64,000 nt of DNA, taken from Burkholderiales bacterium. Lineage in GTDB: Bacteria; Pseudomonadota; Gammaproteobacteria; Burkholderiales; SHXO01. Below are positions 1-9,602 of the stretch, in pieces. Made by a program: the position numbers and the translations under genes. The notes below the pieces were generated by a model. It ran no database searches and was not told the DNA's origin. It saw nothing but the letters and a program-made list of their open reading frames with translations. Location of the stretch: positions 13,797-77,796 of the forward strand of contig DAIQQA010000003.1 of NCBI GenBank assembly GCA_036787045.1, in the 5' to 3' direction. Each line of letters starts with the position of its first letter. Position 1 is the stretch's first letter.

Positions 1-3000
1 CCCGGCGGTCGACCCCGCCGGCCGCATCGAGCTGAGCCGTTACGACTTTCGCGCCGAGGTGGAGCGGCAGTACGCCCGCTATCTGGAGAGCGCGTGGCAG
101 CCGTGGGCCGAGGCCGAGCGTCGTCGCCGTCGTCTGGCGCGGCTGTACGTACAGCTCTTCACTTTGCACCAGGAGATGTCGGGCGCCATCTCCGAGGCAC
201 AGGTGGAGCTCGTGTGGGGCGTCGGTCTGGGCGTGTGGCGACACGAGGCGACCACGGTGGCCTATCCGCTGATCACGCGGTTGGTGGATCTGAGCTTCAA
301 TCCGCAGACTGGCGCCGCCGAGGTCAGGCCGCGCGACCTCGATCCGCGCCTGGAGCTGGACTTCTACGCCGCTGTGGACCGCCCCGGGGTCGCGCAGGCG
401 GAGAAGCTGGCACGCGAGTACCTCTCTCGCGCCACGACCACGCTGTCCCCCTTCGAGGCCGACACCTATGACCCCCTGCTCGACATCGCGAAGAGTTGCC
501 TGAACTCGGCCGGCGAGCTCGAGTCGGGCGCCATCCTGTTCGGCGATCTTGCGCTTGCGCAGCCCGACGATCAGCTCAAAGTGAGCCGATCCTGGGTCCT
601 GTTCGCGCGTCCGCGCAGCACCAACGTGCTGGTGCAGGATCTGGACAAGTTCACCTTACTCCTGCGCAACGCTTCGGACGCGCCGCTGCCGGAGGCCGTC
701 AGCTCGCTCGTCACCGAGCCTGCTGCACAGACTACGCCGGTCGTGTTACCGGCGTTCCGCGGCGTCAGCGCCGGGGCGACAGCAGCGGGCGACCTGTGCT
801 TCCCCAAGCCGTTCAACGACGAACAGGTGCGCGTGGTGCAGCTGCTCGAGACCCACGACGGCGTAGTGGTGCAGGGGCCGCCGGGGACCGGCAAGACGCA
901 TACGATTGCGAACATCATTTGCCACTGGCTGGCCAGTGGCCGGCGCGTGCTGGTGACCTCCATGCAGGAACCGGCGCTCGCTGTGCTGCGCGACCAGCTT
1001 CCCGAAGAGCTCCGGCCCCTCGCGATCGCACTGCTGGCCAGCGAGCACGAAGGCATGCAGCAGTTCGAGGAATCGATCCAGCGGATCGCCACCGGCGTGC
1101 AGAGCATCGACCCGGCGGTGACCGCCCGTGAGATCGCGCGCCTGCAGGAGACCATCGGAGCGCTGCACGTCCGCATTACGCGCATCGATACCGACGTAAG
1201 CCGCTGGGCGCGGCTGAACCTTCTGCCGATCGACCTGGGCGGAGACGTGGTGGACCCACTCGACGCCGCCCAGCAAGTTGTCGCTCAGGGCGGGGTGTTC
1301 GAGTGGCTGCCCGACCGGCTCGGCGCCGGTCCGCAGTACGCGCCGCGCTTCGACGATGAGGAGCTCGTGCAGCTGGAGCAGGCGCGGCAGCGCCTCGGCG
1401 AGGACGTCGCCTATGCGGCGTGCAGTCTGCCTTCGCCTGCGGCGTTTCCCGATACGGCGGTGCTGGTGCAAGCGCACCAGGACCTGTTGCGCTCGGGGCG
1501 GACCACCGAGGCACTGCGCAATGCCGAGCTGCCTGTGCGGGTCGATGCCGGCGCGGACGGGGCGGCCGATGCGCAGGCACTGGCAGGACAGATCGAGCGG
1601 GTGCGTGCGCTGCGTGTCGAGATCGCGGAGGTGGGCAAGAGCTGGGTGCCGGGGGTGCGCGAGCGCTTGCGTGCGGCAACAGCCGGGCACGAGTTCGGCC
1701 TGCTCGAAGGCCTGGGGCGCGAGCTCGACCAGGCGGGCCAGGCCCGGCGCGCGTATCTGGCCCGGCCCGTCACGGTGCCGCCGCCGGACGAGCTGGCCTC
1801 CGGGTTCGTTCAGGCGGTGGACAACCTCGCGCAGGGCAAGCGGCCGTTCGGCTTCGGCGGAGTGTTCGGGCGTGCAGCACAGACCAAACGGACCCTCGAT
1901 TCTGTACGGGTCGGGGGCCAGGTGGCGGTGGGCGCCGGAGACTGGCAACACGTGGCCGGATACCTCGCGCTGCAGAGCAAGTGGCGCGAGCTCGCGCAGC
2001 GCTGGAACACGCTCGCATCCGAGCTCGGGCTGGAGACCGTCGCCGCCGACGACCCCAACGGGGGGCTGGCGGCCTCGTCCCAATATGCGCTTTACAAGCG
2101 CGTGAAGGCCCTGGTGGCGGAGGAGGCCGAGCTGGTGCGGCAGGCCACACGGGTGTTTCCCGCCTGGGCGGCAGCGTACCGGCTGGACCAGGACCCAGCC
2201 GCGCTGGCCGAGCTGGAGCGCGTGTTGGTCCACCAGCAGGCCACGCAGCGGCTGTCGCAGGGGTGGGCGGTCAAGGAGCGCATGCAGCGGGCACTCGAGG
2301 GTACGGGCGGGCGTGTGATCGAAGACATCCGCGCGTTCGTCGCTGGCACGCTCGGCGATCCGGCGGTGGACGAAGGCGGTCTGCTGGCGCGCTGGTCGGC
2401 GCTGATGGCCGAGCTCGCGCGCGTGCATGCCCTGGCTCCGCAGCTCGCCGTAGTGACCGAGGTCACCCAGCGCGTCGCCGATTCGGGAGCGCCGCAGCTC
2501 GCGCAGCGCTTGCGCCGTCCGGCGGACACGCGCGAGGAGCCCTTGCAGCCCGAGCGCCTGCGTGCCGCGTGGCGGCTGCGGCGGTTGGCGACACACCTTG
2601 CCATGATCGATTCGCAGGACGAGTTCGAGAAGCTTGCGCGACTGCGCAGCGACCTGGAACACGATCTTGCCCGTGCGTACCACGATCTGGTAGTTGCGCG
2701 CACCTGGCTGAAACTGGCGGAGAATGCGACGCCCCACGTGCGCGCAGCGCTGCAGGCCTATCTGAACGCCGTGCAGAAGATCGGCAAGGGCACCGGCAAG
2801 CGCGCAGTGCGCTACCGGCAGGACGCGCGCGCCGCCGCGGCCGATGCCAACCACGCGGTGCCGTGCTGGATCATGCCGCACTACCGCGTCTCGGAGTCGC
2901 TCCCGGCCGAGCTGGGCTGCTTCGACCTGGTGATCATCGACGAGGCCTCGCAGTCCGATCTATCGGCGTTTCCGGCGCTGCTGCGCGCGCAGAAGATCCT

Positions 3001-4216
3001 GATCGTCGGCGACGACCGACAGGTCTCCCCGGAAGGGGTGGGGATGGAGGAGGAGAAGGTGAAGTCGCTCATGCAGCGCTTCCTCTCCGACCAGGTACCG
3101 CTGTACCGGGCGCAGATGTCGCCGGAGCGCTCGGTCTACGACCTGGCCAAGGTTGTGTTCGCGCGCAGCGGGGTGATGCTCAAGGAGCATTTCCGCTGCG
3201 TGGCGCCGATCATCGAGTACTCCAAGCGCGAGTTCTATCACCACGAGCTGCGGCCACTGCGCCTGCCGCGGCCGTCCGAGCGGCTGGACCCGCCGCTGGT
3301 CGACGTGTTCATCGAGGATGGCGAGCGCAAGGATGGGCTCAATCCAGCCGAGATCGAGTTCATCGTGCAGGAGATCGCGCGCATTGCCTCCGACCCGCGC
3401 ATGGCACGCCGCTCCATTGGCGTGGTTTCGCTGCTCGGTGAGGACCAGGCGCTGAAGGTATGGGACCGGCTCGCCGACGAGCTGGGGCCACAGGCGCTGC
3501 AGCGCCATGCCATCGCCTGTGGCGATGCGCGCACCTTCCAGGGCAAGGAGCGCGACATCATGTTCCTGTCCATGGTGTGCGCACCCAACGATGTGGGCGC
3601 ACCTCTGGCCCGGGAGATGTTCGCGCAGCGTTTCAATGTGGCGGGCTCGCGCGCGCGCGACCGCATGTACCTGGTGCGCTCGGTCGCCCTCGAGCACCTC
3701 TCGGAGTCCGACCGCCTGCGCCGCGGCCTGCTCGCGCACTTCTCGCGACCGTTCCTGGAGGAGGAGGCGAGGGTCGACGATCCGCGCGACCTGTGCAGCT
3801 CGTTCCTCGAGCGCGAGTTGTACGACTGGCTGCTCCTGCGGCGGTACCGGGTCACTCCGCAGGTGCGGGTAGGAGGCTACCGGATCGATCTGGTCGTTGA
3901 GGGTGCGAACAACGACGCGCGGCTGGCTGTGGAGTGCGATGGGGACAAGCATGGCGGCCCCGAGAGCTGGGCCGAGGAAGTGCGGCGGCAGCGCGTGCTG
4001 GAGCGCGCCGGCTGGCGCTTCTGGCGCTGCTTCGCCGCCAGCTTCGTGCGCCGCCGCGAGGCTGTGCTGGCCGACCTCACGGCCGCCCTGTCGGCCTGCG
4101 GCATCGAGCCGGATGGCATCGCCGGCGGGCAGCCCCTGGTGCTGGCCGAGGTGCGGCGTGTGCGCATGGGCGCAGCACCCCCGCAGCAACCTGTTGCCTC
4201 GCCCCTGAACGCGTGA
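1..4216 (+). CDS. SF1 (DNA2/NAM7/Upf1-like) helicase with C-terminal Vsr-like (MTES_1575-type) nuclease domain; 5' end outside window
   Basis: Frame is open from base 2 (PAVDPAGRIELSRYDF...). Walker A QGPPGTGKT, motif II IIDEASQ, VGDDRQ, TFQGKERD, RFNVAGSRAR; C-terminal RIDLVVEG..LAVECDG..RQRVLERAGWRFWR. Confidence 0.85.
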   Translation, partial: PAVDPAGRIELSRYDFRAEVERQYARYLESAWQPWAEAERRRRRLARLYVQLFTLHQEMSGAISEAQVELVWGVGLGVWRHEATTVAYPLITRLVDLSFNPQTGAAEVRPRDLDPRLELDFYAAVDRPGVAQAEKLAREYLSRATTTLSPFEADTYDPLLDIAKSCLNSAGELESGAILFGDLALAQPDDQLKVSRSWVLFARPRSTNVLVQDLDKFTLLLRNASDAPLPEAVSSLVTEPAAQTTPVVLPAFRGVSAGATAAGDLCFPKPFNDEQVRVVQLLETHDGVVVQGPPGTGKTHTIANIICHWLASGRRVLVTSMQEPALAVLRDQLPEELRPLAIALLASEHEGMQQFEESIQRIATGVQSIDPAVTAREIARLQETIGALHVRITRIDTDVSRWARLNLLPIDLGGDVVDPLDAAQQVVAQGGVFEWLPDRLGAGPQYAPRFDDEELVQLEQARQRLGEDVAYAACSLPSPAAFPDTAVLVQAHQDLLRSGRTTEALRNAELPVRVDAGADGAADAQALAGQIERVRALRVEIAEVGKSWVPGVRERLRAATAGHEFGLLEGLGRELDQAGQARRAYLARPVTVPPPDELASGFVQAVDNLAQGKRPFGFGGVFGRAAQTKRTLDSVRVGGQVAVGAGDWQHVAGYLALQSKWRELAQRWNTLASELGLETVAADDPNGGLAASSQYALYKRVKALVAEEAELVRQATRVFPAWAAAYRLDQDPAALAELERVLVHQQATQRLSQGWAVKERMQRALEGTGGRVIEDIRAFVAGTLGDPAVDEGGLLARWSALMAELARVHALAPQLAVVTEVTQRVADSGAPQLAQRLRRPADTREEPLQPERLRAAWRLRRLATHLAMIDSQDEFEKLARLRSDLEHDLARAYHDLVVARTWLKLAENATPHVRAALQAYLNAVQKIGKGTGKRAVRYRQDARAAAADANHAVPCWIMPHYRVSESLPAELGCFDLVIIDEASQSDLSAFPALLRAQKILIVGDDRQVSPEGVGMEEEKVKSLMQRFLSDQVPLYRAQMSPERSVYDLAKVVFARSGVMLKEHFRCVAPIIEYSKREFYHHELRPLRLPRPSERLDPPLVDVFIEDGERKDGLNPAEIEFIVQEIARIASDPRMARRSIGVVSLLGEDQALKVWDRLADELGPQALQRHAIACGDARTFQGKERDIMFLSMVCAPNDVGAPLAREMFAQRFNVAGSRARDRMYLVRSVALEHLSESDRLRRGLLAHFSRPFLEEEARVDDPRDLCSSFLERELYDWLLLRRYRVTPQVRVGGYRIDLVVEGANNDARLAVECDGDKHGGPESWAEEVRRQRVLERAGWRFWRCFAASFVRRREAVLADLTAALSACGIEPDGIAGGQPLVLAEVRRVRMGAAPPQQPVASPLNA

Positions 4217-4255
4217 CGCGGAAACGCCTTCTTACCCCTAGTTCCCTCCAGCGGG

Positions 4256-4344
4256 AACGCAAAGGACGGCAAGGGGACACGAGTCTCCCTTCGTGACCTT
4301 AGTGGTGAATGCGGTTCTGCTTCCTTCTCTGCGTCCTCTGCGAT
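4256..4344. repeat. Degenerate family-A palindromic repeat arms between convergent genes
   Basis: aacgcaaaggacggcaaggggacacgag (4256-4283), cttcgtgaccttagtggtgaa (4289-4309), ctctgcgtcctctgcgat (4327-4344) resemble the family-A arms elsewhere in the window. Confidence 0.55.
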
Positions 4345-4373
4345 AGAACAGGTTTGTTCTTGACAAATACGGG

Positions 4374-4685
4374 CTAGCCACGCTCCCACATCACATCCGC
4401 GTTCTTCTTCGCAGCGCGCTCGAGAAGCTCGATGAGAGGGTGGGCGCGCTGGCGCAGCGACACAGGCATGTGCCCTTCCCGGCGATCCTCCTCATCGGCT
4501 TGCGTAGCCGGCAGTGAGGCGCCCTGCTCCAGTGCGCGAGTGAGCCGCCCGATCGCTGCCGGGATGTCCGGGGCGAGGATGGCGCTGGGCACCGTGCCGG
4601 AATGCCCCATGAGCTTGAGCAGTTGCACGGCTACATCGCCGAACATCGTGAGTGTGCCGACCTTGCTGTCGAACTTTACGAGCAT
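4374..4685 (-). CDS. DUF1840-like small protein (103 aa)
   Basis: MLVKFDSKVGTLTMFGDVAVQLLKLMGHSGTVPSAILAPDIPAA...VSLRQRAHPLIELLERAAK; ATG at 4685 inside the longer 283-aa ORF call. Confidence 0.75.
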   Translation of the reverse strand: MLVKFDSKVGTLTMFGDVAVQLLKLMGHSGTVPSAILAPDIPAAIGRLTRALEQGASLPATQADEEDRREGHMPVSLRQRAHPLIELLERAAKKNADVMWERG

Positions 4686-4813
4686 GCGGGACTCCGGGGG
4701 AAGTCGTGGATGCGCACGAGTATAGGCCCAAGCGCCGCGTTGGTGCAGGCGCCGGCCGCACAGCGGGCTGCTGATCGCTGTGCCCGGCCCAGGTACTTCA
4801 ACCCGTTGATTCC

Positions 4814-4849
4814 ACCTCTCACCACGAAGGCACGAAGACACGAAGAAAA
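4814..4849. repeat. Solo family-A arm (CACGAAG type)
   Basis: acctctcaccacgaaggcacgaagacacgaagaa matches the reverse complement of the 32094-32127 arm at 32/34 positions; no partner arm seen nearby. Confidence 0.75.
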
Positions 4850-4956
4850 CCGAAAGGACGAGAACAGGTGCGCCTTGCCGATGTCCACGTCTGCCGGGCG
4901 ATGTTTCGCAAGGACTGTGTCGCTGTACTAGCGATCGATCCAGGGATGTGCAGCGT

Positions 4957-5406
4957 TCAGGCGGCGCCGCGTGCGCGTTGCCGAGCCAGCATGCACTGGA
5001 CGTGGGGCACGTAGAGCAGGTTCGAGATCTTGCGCACGAGGTGGTCCTCGTACTGATCGAGACCGCCGTCTGCGTAGGCCACCCGCCACAGGTGCTCGAC
5101 GAAGCGGATGCGTTGGTCCATCTCGAAGCGGCGGTTGATGACCGATACCTGCGCGTAGTAGGAAGTGAGGCGGCCGGACCGGTGTGCAGCGTCGCCCAGC
5201 AGGGCATCCGCCCGCGATGTATCAAGCCCGACCAAGTCGGCTAGAGCAGCGCGCGCTGCCGCCAGATCCTCCTGCCGGACCTCGGCGTCCATGCGGGTCA
5301 TCTCGTAGAGCAGCGTGGCGATTGCGCCTTCGAGCGCGTGCTGTTCGAATGCCGGTGATTGTGCTTCCCGGGGCCGCGCGAGCAGCCTGGCGAGGTTCTT
5401 GAGCAT
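4957..5406 (-). CDS. TerB-family (tellurite-resistance-like) protein
   Basis: ATLLYEMTRMD...LWRVAYADGGLDQYEDHLVRKISNLLYVPH pattern typical of TerB-like proteins. Confidence 0.8.
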   Translation of the reverse strand: MLKNLARLLARPREAQSPAFEQHALEGAIATLLYEMTRMDAEVRQEDLAAARAALADLVGLDTSRADALLGDAAHRSGRLTSYYAQVSVINRRFEMDQRIRFVEHLWRVAYADGGLDQYEDHLVRKISNLLYVPHVQCMLARQRARGAA

Positions 5407-5587
5407 GGGCGGAGCAGGACGGTGAATCGAGTTCGAATGCGTGTATATCAGAGCGCCTGGACGGCGGGTAGTTCGTGTGCAGAGTTGCGACGCCGGTCCG
5501 GGCGTTCGATGCTGGGGAATACCCGGTTCGGAAACGCGTCGTGAGGGTCTGACTGGGGTACCGGCGCCAGGAGGCTGGCGCGCGATG

Positions 5588-6037
5588 CTATCTGACCGCG
5601 TAGCCCAGGGCGTTCAGCTGCTCGTAGAGCTGGCGCCGTGTGGCTGCGACATCCGCTGGGCGGTTATCGCGGAAGCGTCTCGCCTCGTCGGCCGTGTAAG
5701 GCCGGAAGTCCTGGGGCAGGGACTCCCCTGCGAACGTCGTGACGACGTAGTTGGTTACTGCCGCGCGCCGGTCATCGGGCAGGCCAGCATTCATGAGCCC
5801 GGGTACCTGCATCAGGAAGGCACGTCCCTCGGGCAAACGCAGAAAATGGCCCACTTGGTCACGGAAATCCGGGACGCCGAACTCCGGATGGCCGCTGCCA
5901 TCCATCGAGTGGCAGCCGGAGCAGTGCAGCACGTAGTCGTGCTCGCTGCCCTGGTAGGTCTTGACGTCGGCCCGGCCGGCGAATGCAACGCAACCAAGCA
6001 GCGCACTCGCGATGATCAGTGCTGGCCGAGTGCTCAT
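5588..6037 (-). CDS. Periplasmic monoheme cytochrome c
   Basis: Signal peptide then CSGCH heme motif; start overlaps the upstream cytochrome stop. Confidence 0.85.
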   Translation of the reverse strand: MSTRPALIIASALLGCVAFAGRADVKTYQGSEHDYVLHCSGCHSMDGSGHPEFGVPDFRDQVGHFLRLPEGRAFLMQVPGLMNAGLPDDRRAAVTNYVVTTFAGESLPQDFRPYTADEARRFRDNRPADVAATRRQLYEQLNALGYAVR

Positions 6038-6498
6038 GGCGCGAGGATCTTGGTGCGCAGCTGACGCTGCTCGGTGCTCGCGTGCGGGGTCGCGCGCACG
6101 GACGCCATCTCCGCGGCATCGTACGGCTTCCAGTCGGGGGAGAGGTGCGCTGCGTTCAGCACGGAAGCCACGTGATTGGCCAGCCCGGCTACCTGCTCGT
6201 CGTTCAGCTGCCCTTGCGCGGGCATGCCACTGTTGAAGACCGCGTCGCCGACCCTGATCTGACCGGTGAGCCCGAAGGCGATCACGCGCGGCAGGTAGCT
6301 GCGCTCGGCGACCAGCTTCCGCCAGTGCGCGCCCTCGAGCGGCGGGGCCAGGCCCGGCGTGCCGCTGCCATCGGCCTGGTGGCAGGCGCTGCAGTTCTGA
6401 ACGAACAGGCTGGCGGTGGCGGGGTCCTGCGCGTTCGCCGCCGCCGTGGCGAACGCCAGTACTACCCAGGCAAATGCAGTGTGCCCGTCACGCCGCAT
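6034..6498 (-). CDS. Periplasmic class I monoheme cytochrome c
   Basis: Signal peptide, CSACH motif, GMP candidate distal Met; overlaps the mauA-like stop. Confidence 0.85.
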   Translation of the reverse strand: MRRDGHTAFAWVVLAFATAAANAQDPATASLFVQNCSACHQADGSGTPGLAPPLEGAHWRKLVAERSYLPRVIAFGLTGQIRVGDAVFNSGMPAQGQLNDEQVAGLANHVASVLNAAHLSPDWKPYDAAEMASVRATPHASTEQRQLRTKILAP

Positions 6499-7027
6499 CC
6501 GATACGCCGACGATCACCGACACCGTGCAGTGATACATGGTCGCCGTGTTGGCCATGCACCAGTTGATGTCGTTGAACACGCCCATGCGGTAGCCCGGGC
6601 GCTCGCGCTCGTTGAAGTTGCACAGGCAGCGGCCGCACGCGGTCTTGCCGCAGCAGTCGTTGTAGCTCACCAGGTAGTCCTTGCCGTCCTTCGGGTTCTT
6701 GCAGGTGCCCACCCAGGTGACCTTGGAGGCCTCGGCGCCGGGCGGGCAGGATGTGATCGACCCGCCGCAGCATCCGCACAGGAACCCGTCCAGCGCGCAA
6801 TTGCGCCAATACTCGCACGCCATCGGGTCGTTCGGCCCGCCGCCGCCACCGCCACCGTGCTGGGCGTAGGCCTTGCCGGAGCGGTCGAACGGGAGCATGG
6901 GCAGCACTGCGCTGCCCACCAGCGCAGCGCCGAGCTTGGCCACCGCACTGCGGCGGCTGGTGAGCTGCGCGGCGTGGCGCACGCGGCGCTCGGTGAAGCG
7001 ATCAAGCCATTTTTCGAAGAGCGTCAT
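6488..7027 (-). CDS. mauA: TTQ amine dehydrogenase light chain (MauA/AauA-like)
   Basis: Tat-like SRRSAVAKLG leader, Cys-rich core, TWVGTC and NDINWC carrying the two TTQ-forming Trp equivalents; GGAGG RBS before ATG 7027. Confidence 0.9.
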   Translation of the reverse strand: MTLFEKWLDRFTERRVRHAAQLTSRRSAVAKLGAALVGSAVLPMLPFDRSGKAYAQHGGGGGGGPNDPMACEYWRNCALDGFLCGCCGGSITSCPPGAEASKVTWVGTCKNPKDGKDYLVSYNDCCGKTACGRCLCNFNERERPGYRMGVFNDINWCMANTATMYHCTVSVIVGVSDAA

Positions 7028-7071
7028 GTTCACCCCTCCCTAGGTTGCAAATTCGGGCCTGCGTTGCGGAT

Positions 7072-7683
7072 TCAGGCAGTCTCACCAGGTTGCGTGGCTA
7101 CACGGTCGCGGATGTAGTCCTGGACGGTGCCGACCCCCAGCTCCTTGGCGTTGAACAGGCTTTCCAGGTGCTCGCGCGAATTGACGAGCCCCTTGGCGCG
7201 GATCACGCCGCGCTCGTCGATCAAGACGGCGTAGGGCAGTCGGCTCACCCGATAGGTCATTCCGAGGTCGGCCGACAGCACATACGGAAACTGCTGCAGC
7301 CTGGCGCTGCCATAGAAGCCCAGATGCTGGGTGGCCTCACCGTCGCTCGCCAGCACGACGTCGAGCCACTCGCGCTCCGCCTGCGAGGCGGATTTCAGCA
7401 CAGGCAGCAGCTTCTTGCAGACCGGGCAGGTGGGCGACAGGAAGAAGATCAGCTGGCTTTTCGGCTGTTCGCCGCCGATAGCCACCAGCGATCCGTTGAG
7501 CGCGGGCAGCTCGAAGCGCGGGGCCAGGTCGCCCAGCTTCGGTCCAGCGTCGGTGACCAACGCGCCCATCGGGGCGACGCGCTCGTACAGAATGCCCACC
7601 TGGCGCGCCAACGCCCACAGCGCCACGATCACCGCGAGCATCAGCACCCACAGCAGGGCGTTGGATATCATCAGACTAGTCAT
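7072..7683 (-). CDS. mauD: Methylamine dehydrogenase accessory protein MauD (thioredoxin fold)
   Basis: N-terminal TM helix, LARQVGILYERVAPMGAL, FLSPTCPVCKKL, KGLVNSREHLESL. Confidence 0.9.
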   Translation of the reverse strand: MTSLMISNALLWVLMLAVIVALWALARQVGILYERVAPMGALVTDAGPKLGDLAPRFELPALNGSLVAIGGEQPKSQLIFFLSPTCPVCKKLLPVLKSASQAEREWLDVVLASDGEATQHLGFYGSARLQQFPYVLSADLGMTYRVSRLPYAVLIDERGVIRAKGLVNSREHLESLFNAKELGVGTVQDYIRDRVATQPGETA

Positions 7684-7689
7684 GCCACC

Positions 7690-8247
7690 TCAACCCTGCT
7701 CGGACCGCTTGATCTGCGCCAGGCGGCTGGCCTGCCGCAGCAGCTCGTCGGCCATGAGATACAGCGCGTAGAACGCCAGAACGCCCAGCACCAGCGTCAG
7801 GGCATCCGTCCACTCCATGCTCCGCTCCACGGTCGGCCGGCTGGCGACGAGCGCCGCCGCCGCGAGCACGACGTTGCGTGCCACCAGCCCCCATGACAGC
7901 GGATGGGAGGCGCCCCCGCAGCCGCAGTCGATGTCGTGCCGCCCGCGCAGGAGATTGATGACCATCGCGACAGCGTACAGCACGACCAATGCAGCCAGCG
8001 CGAGCAACGCCGGCGGCCGCGTCACCGGCACCAGGATAGCGACCGCCAGCGCGACTTCGAGGATCGGCAGAAGTCGCGCCACCAGCGGCACCAGCGCTTG
8101 CGGCAGCAGGCCGTAGGCCGCCAGCGACCCGAAGAACACGTCGGGGTCGCTGAGCTTGTGCCAGGCGGCTGCGAGCATCACCAATGCTAATGCGCCGACG
8201 ATGGTCCCGACCGCGATCGGGTCGGCCGCAAACGTGGACAGCTCCAT
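7690..8247 (-). CDS. mauE: Methylamine utilisation membrane protein MauE
   Basis: Hydrophobic helices with IDCGCGG motif; lies between mauB and mauD; ATGA overlap with mauB. Confidence 0.9.
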   Translation of the reverse strand: MELSTFAADPIAVGTIVGALALVMLAAAWHKLSDPDVFFGSLAAYGLLPQALVPLVARLLPILEVALAVAILVPVTRPPALLALAALVVLYAVAMVINLLRGRHDIDCGCGGASHPLSWGLVARNVVLAAAALVASRPTVERSMEWTDALTLVLGVLAFYALYLMADELLRQASRLAQIKRSEQG

Positions 8248-9404
8248 CAGAACGTCTCGATCTGAGCGGGCACCGCGCCGATCTGCGTCTTGCTGTGGAC
8301 CTTCGGTTTCGCGCCCAGGTCGATGACCAGCAGCTCGGCCTTCATGATGTCGATGGCGTACAAGCGTTTGCCGTCCGGCGAGGGCTCCAGCGCAATGGTC
8401 GTGTGCCCGGGCATGCGCACCACCCGCTTCTTCGACTTGACATCGAAGCCCCAGATCTCCTCAGCCGGGTTCTTGTGGCTGCCCTCGGCGCCGTTGGAGT
8501 GCATGGTCACGTAGAGGCGCCCGGTCCCGGGATGCACGGCCAGCGGCTGATAGCCACCCGGGCGCCAGTTCTTCCTCTTGTCGGCCGCGGCCGTGACGAG
8601 CGACCAAGTGCCCGTCAGGTTGGCGCTGTCCCCACCGAGCTCCACTGAGGCGATGTTGCCTTGGAAGGAGACGAAGTGATAGGTGTCCCCGTCCTGCTCG
8701 CCCTGCATGAACCAGGCATCCTTGTCCGGATCGAACAGCTTGCCGCTGTTGGCGCGCGCGGCTTGCTCGCCATCGGCGTTCAGGGTGACGGTGACGATCG
8801 AGCCGTCGCCGCAAAGGGCGGAAAAGCGGTCCGACCGCGAGGCCGGCACGTAGATGCCCCAGCACCCCGGGGTTGCGATCTCCGATGCGACCTGCCGGTT
8901 GCGCATGTCGACGACGGTCACCGAAGTGGCCGGTGTGGCGTTTTGCACGAACAGCCAGCGCTTGTCAGCCGAGAGCCGCAACAGCCCTTCGTAGTTGAGC
9001 GCCATGGCGCGCTTGGGCGGGATGACGATCTCGTACTTGAACGACAGCGAATCCGCGTCCCACACCTCGACGATATCGGTGCGCTCGCCGCGCTGCCCGC
9101 GCGACAAATAGCCGGTGGCGATGATCAGCTCCCGCGTGTCGGCATTGAGGACGTACTGGCCAGTGAAGCCGGTGCCGACCACGCCCAGATAGTTGCCCGT
9201 ATCGGTATCGACCACGTGCAGCTTGCCGTCGGCGATGTAGTTGATCGCGACATCACCGACATAGGCGCGGTTCTTGGCCTTGATGGTGGGCTCGACCGTG
9301 AGCGTTTCGGTCGGCAGCTCGGCAAGCGCGGCAGCCGAAACAGCGATCCCCAGAGCAGCGGCAGCGCACGCCAGGCGCGGCGCACGCAGAAAGTCAGGCG
9401 TCAT
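8247..9404 (-). CDS. mauB: TTQ amine dehydrogenase heavy chain (MauB/AauB-like beta-propeller)
   Basis: Signal peptide from ATG 9404 with GGGAGGG RBS; TGYLSRGQRGERTD, VQNATPATSVTVVD, PGCWG, HKNPAEEIW motifs. Confidence 0.9.
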   Translation of the reverse strand: MTPDFLRAPRLACAAAALGIAVSAAALAELPTETLTVEPTIKAKNRAYVGDVAINYIADGKLHVVDTDTGNYLGVVGTGFTGQYVLNADTRELIIATGYLSRGQRGERTDIVEVWDADSLSFKYEIVIPPKRAMALNYEGLLRLSADKRWLFVQNATPATSVTVVDMRNRQVASEIATPGCWGIYVPASRSDRFSALCGDGSIVTVTLNADGEQAARANSGKLFDPDKDAWFMQGEQDGDTYHFVSFQGNIASVELGGDSANLTGTWSLVTAAADKRKNWRPGGYQPLAVHPGTGRLYVTMHSNGAEGSHKNPAEEIWGFDVKSKKRVVRMPGHTTIALEPSPDGKRLYAIDIMKAELLVIDLGAKPKVHSKTQIGAVPAQIETF

Positions 9405-9479
9405 TGTTCCCTCCCCGAGAGCGAGCGGGCCAGGCAGCCCGCCAAGCGGAACCGAGAGTACTACTGTCTCAGGCGGGCC

Positions 9480-9568
9480 GCAACTGGTCGGCCGTGAGCG
9501 CAGCCTGCGGAAGCCGTCGCGGACTGCGCCGCGCAACACCACCTACTGCGTTGCACCAAATCTGGTAA
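9480..9568 (-). promoter_or_regulatory. Possible sigma54 promoter with NtrC-like half-site upstream of mauB
   Basis: Minus strand CGGCCGACCAGTTGC (9480-9494) has GG and TTGC at -24/-12 spacing; TGCACCA half-site at 9552-9558. Imperfect match. Confidence 0.3.
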
Positions 9569-9602
9569 CTTGCGGTGCGTCCTCGACGAGCGCGGCACCG
9601 CT

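Noticed and set aside
4360-4390. Perfect TTGACA as a sigma70 -35 box
   Set aside because: No -10 box at 16-18 bp, and it points into the 3' end of a convergent gene.
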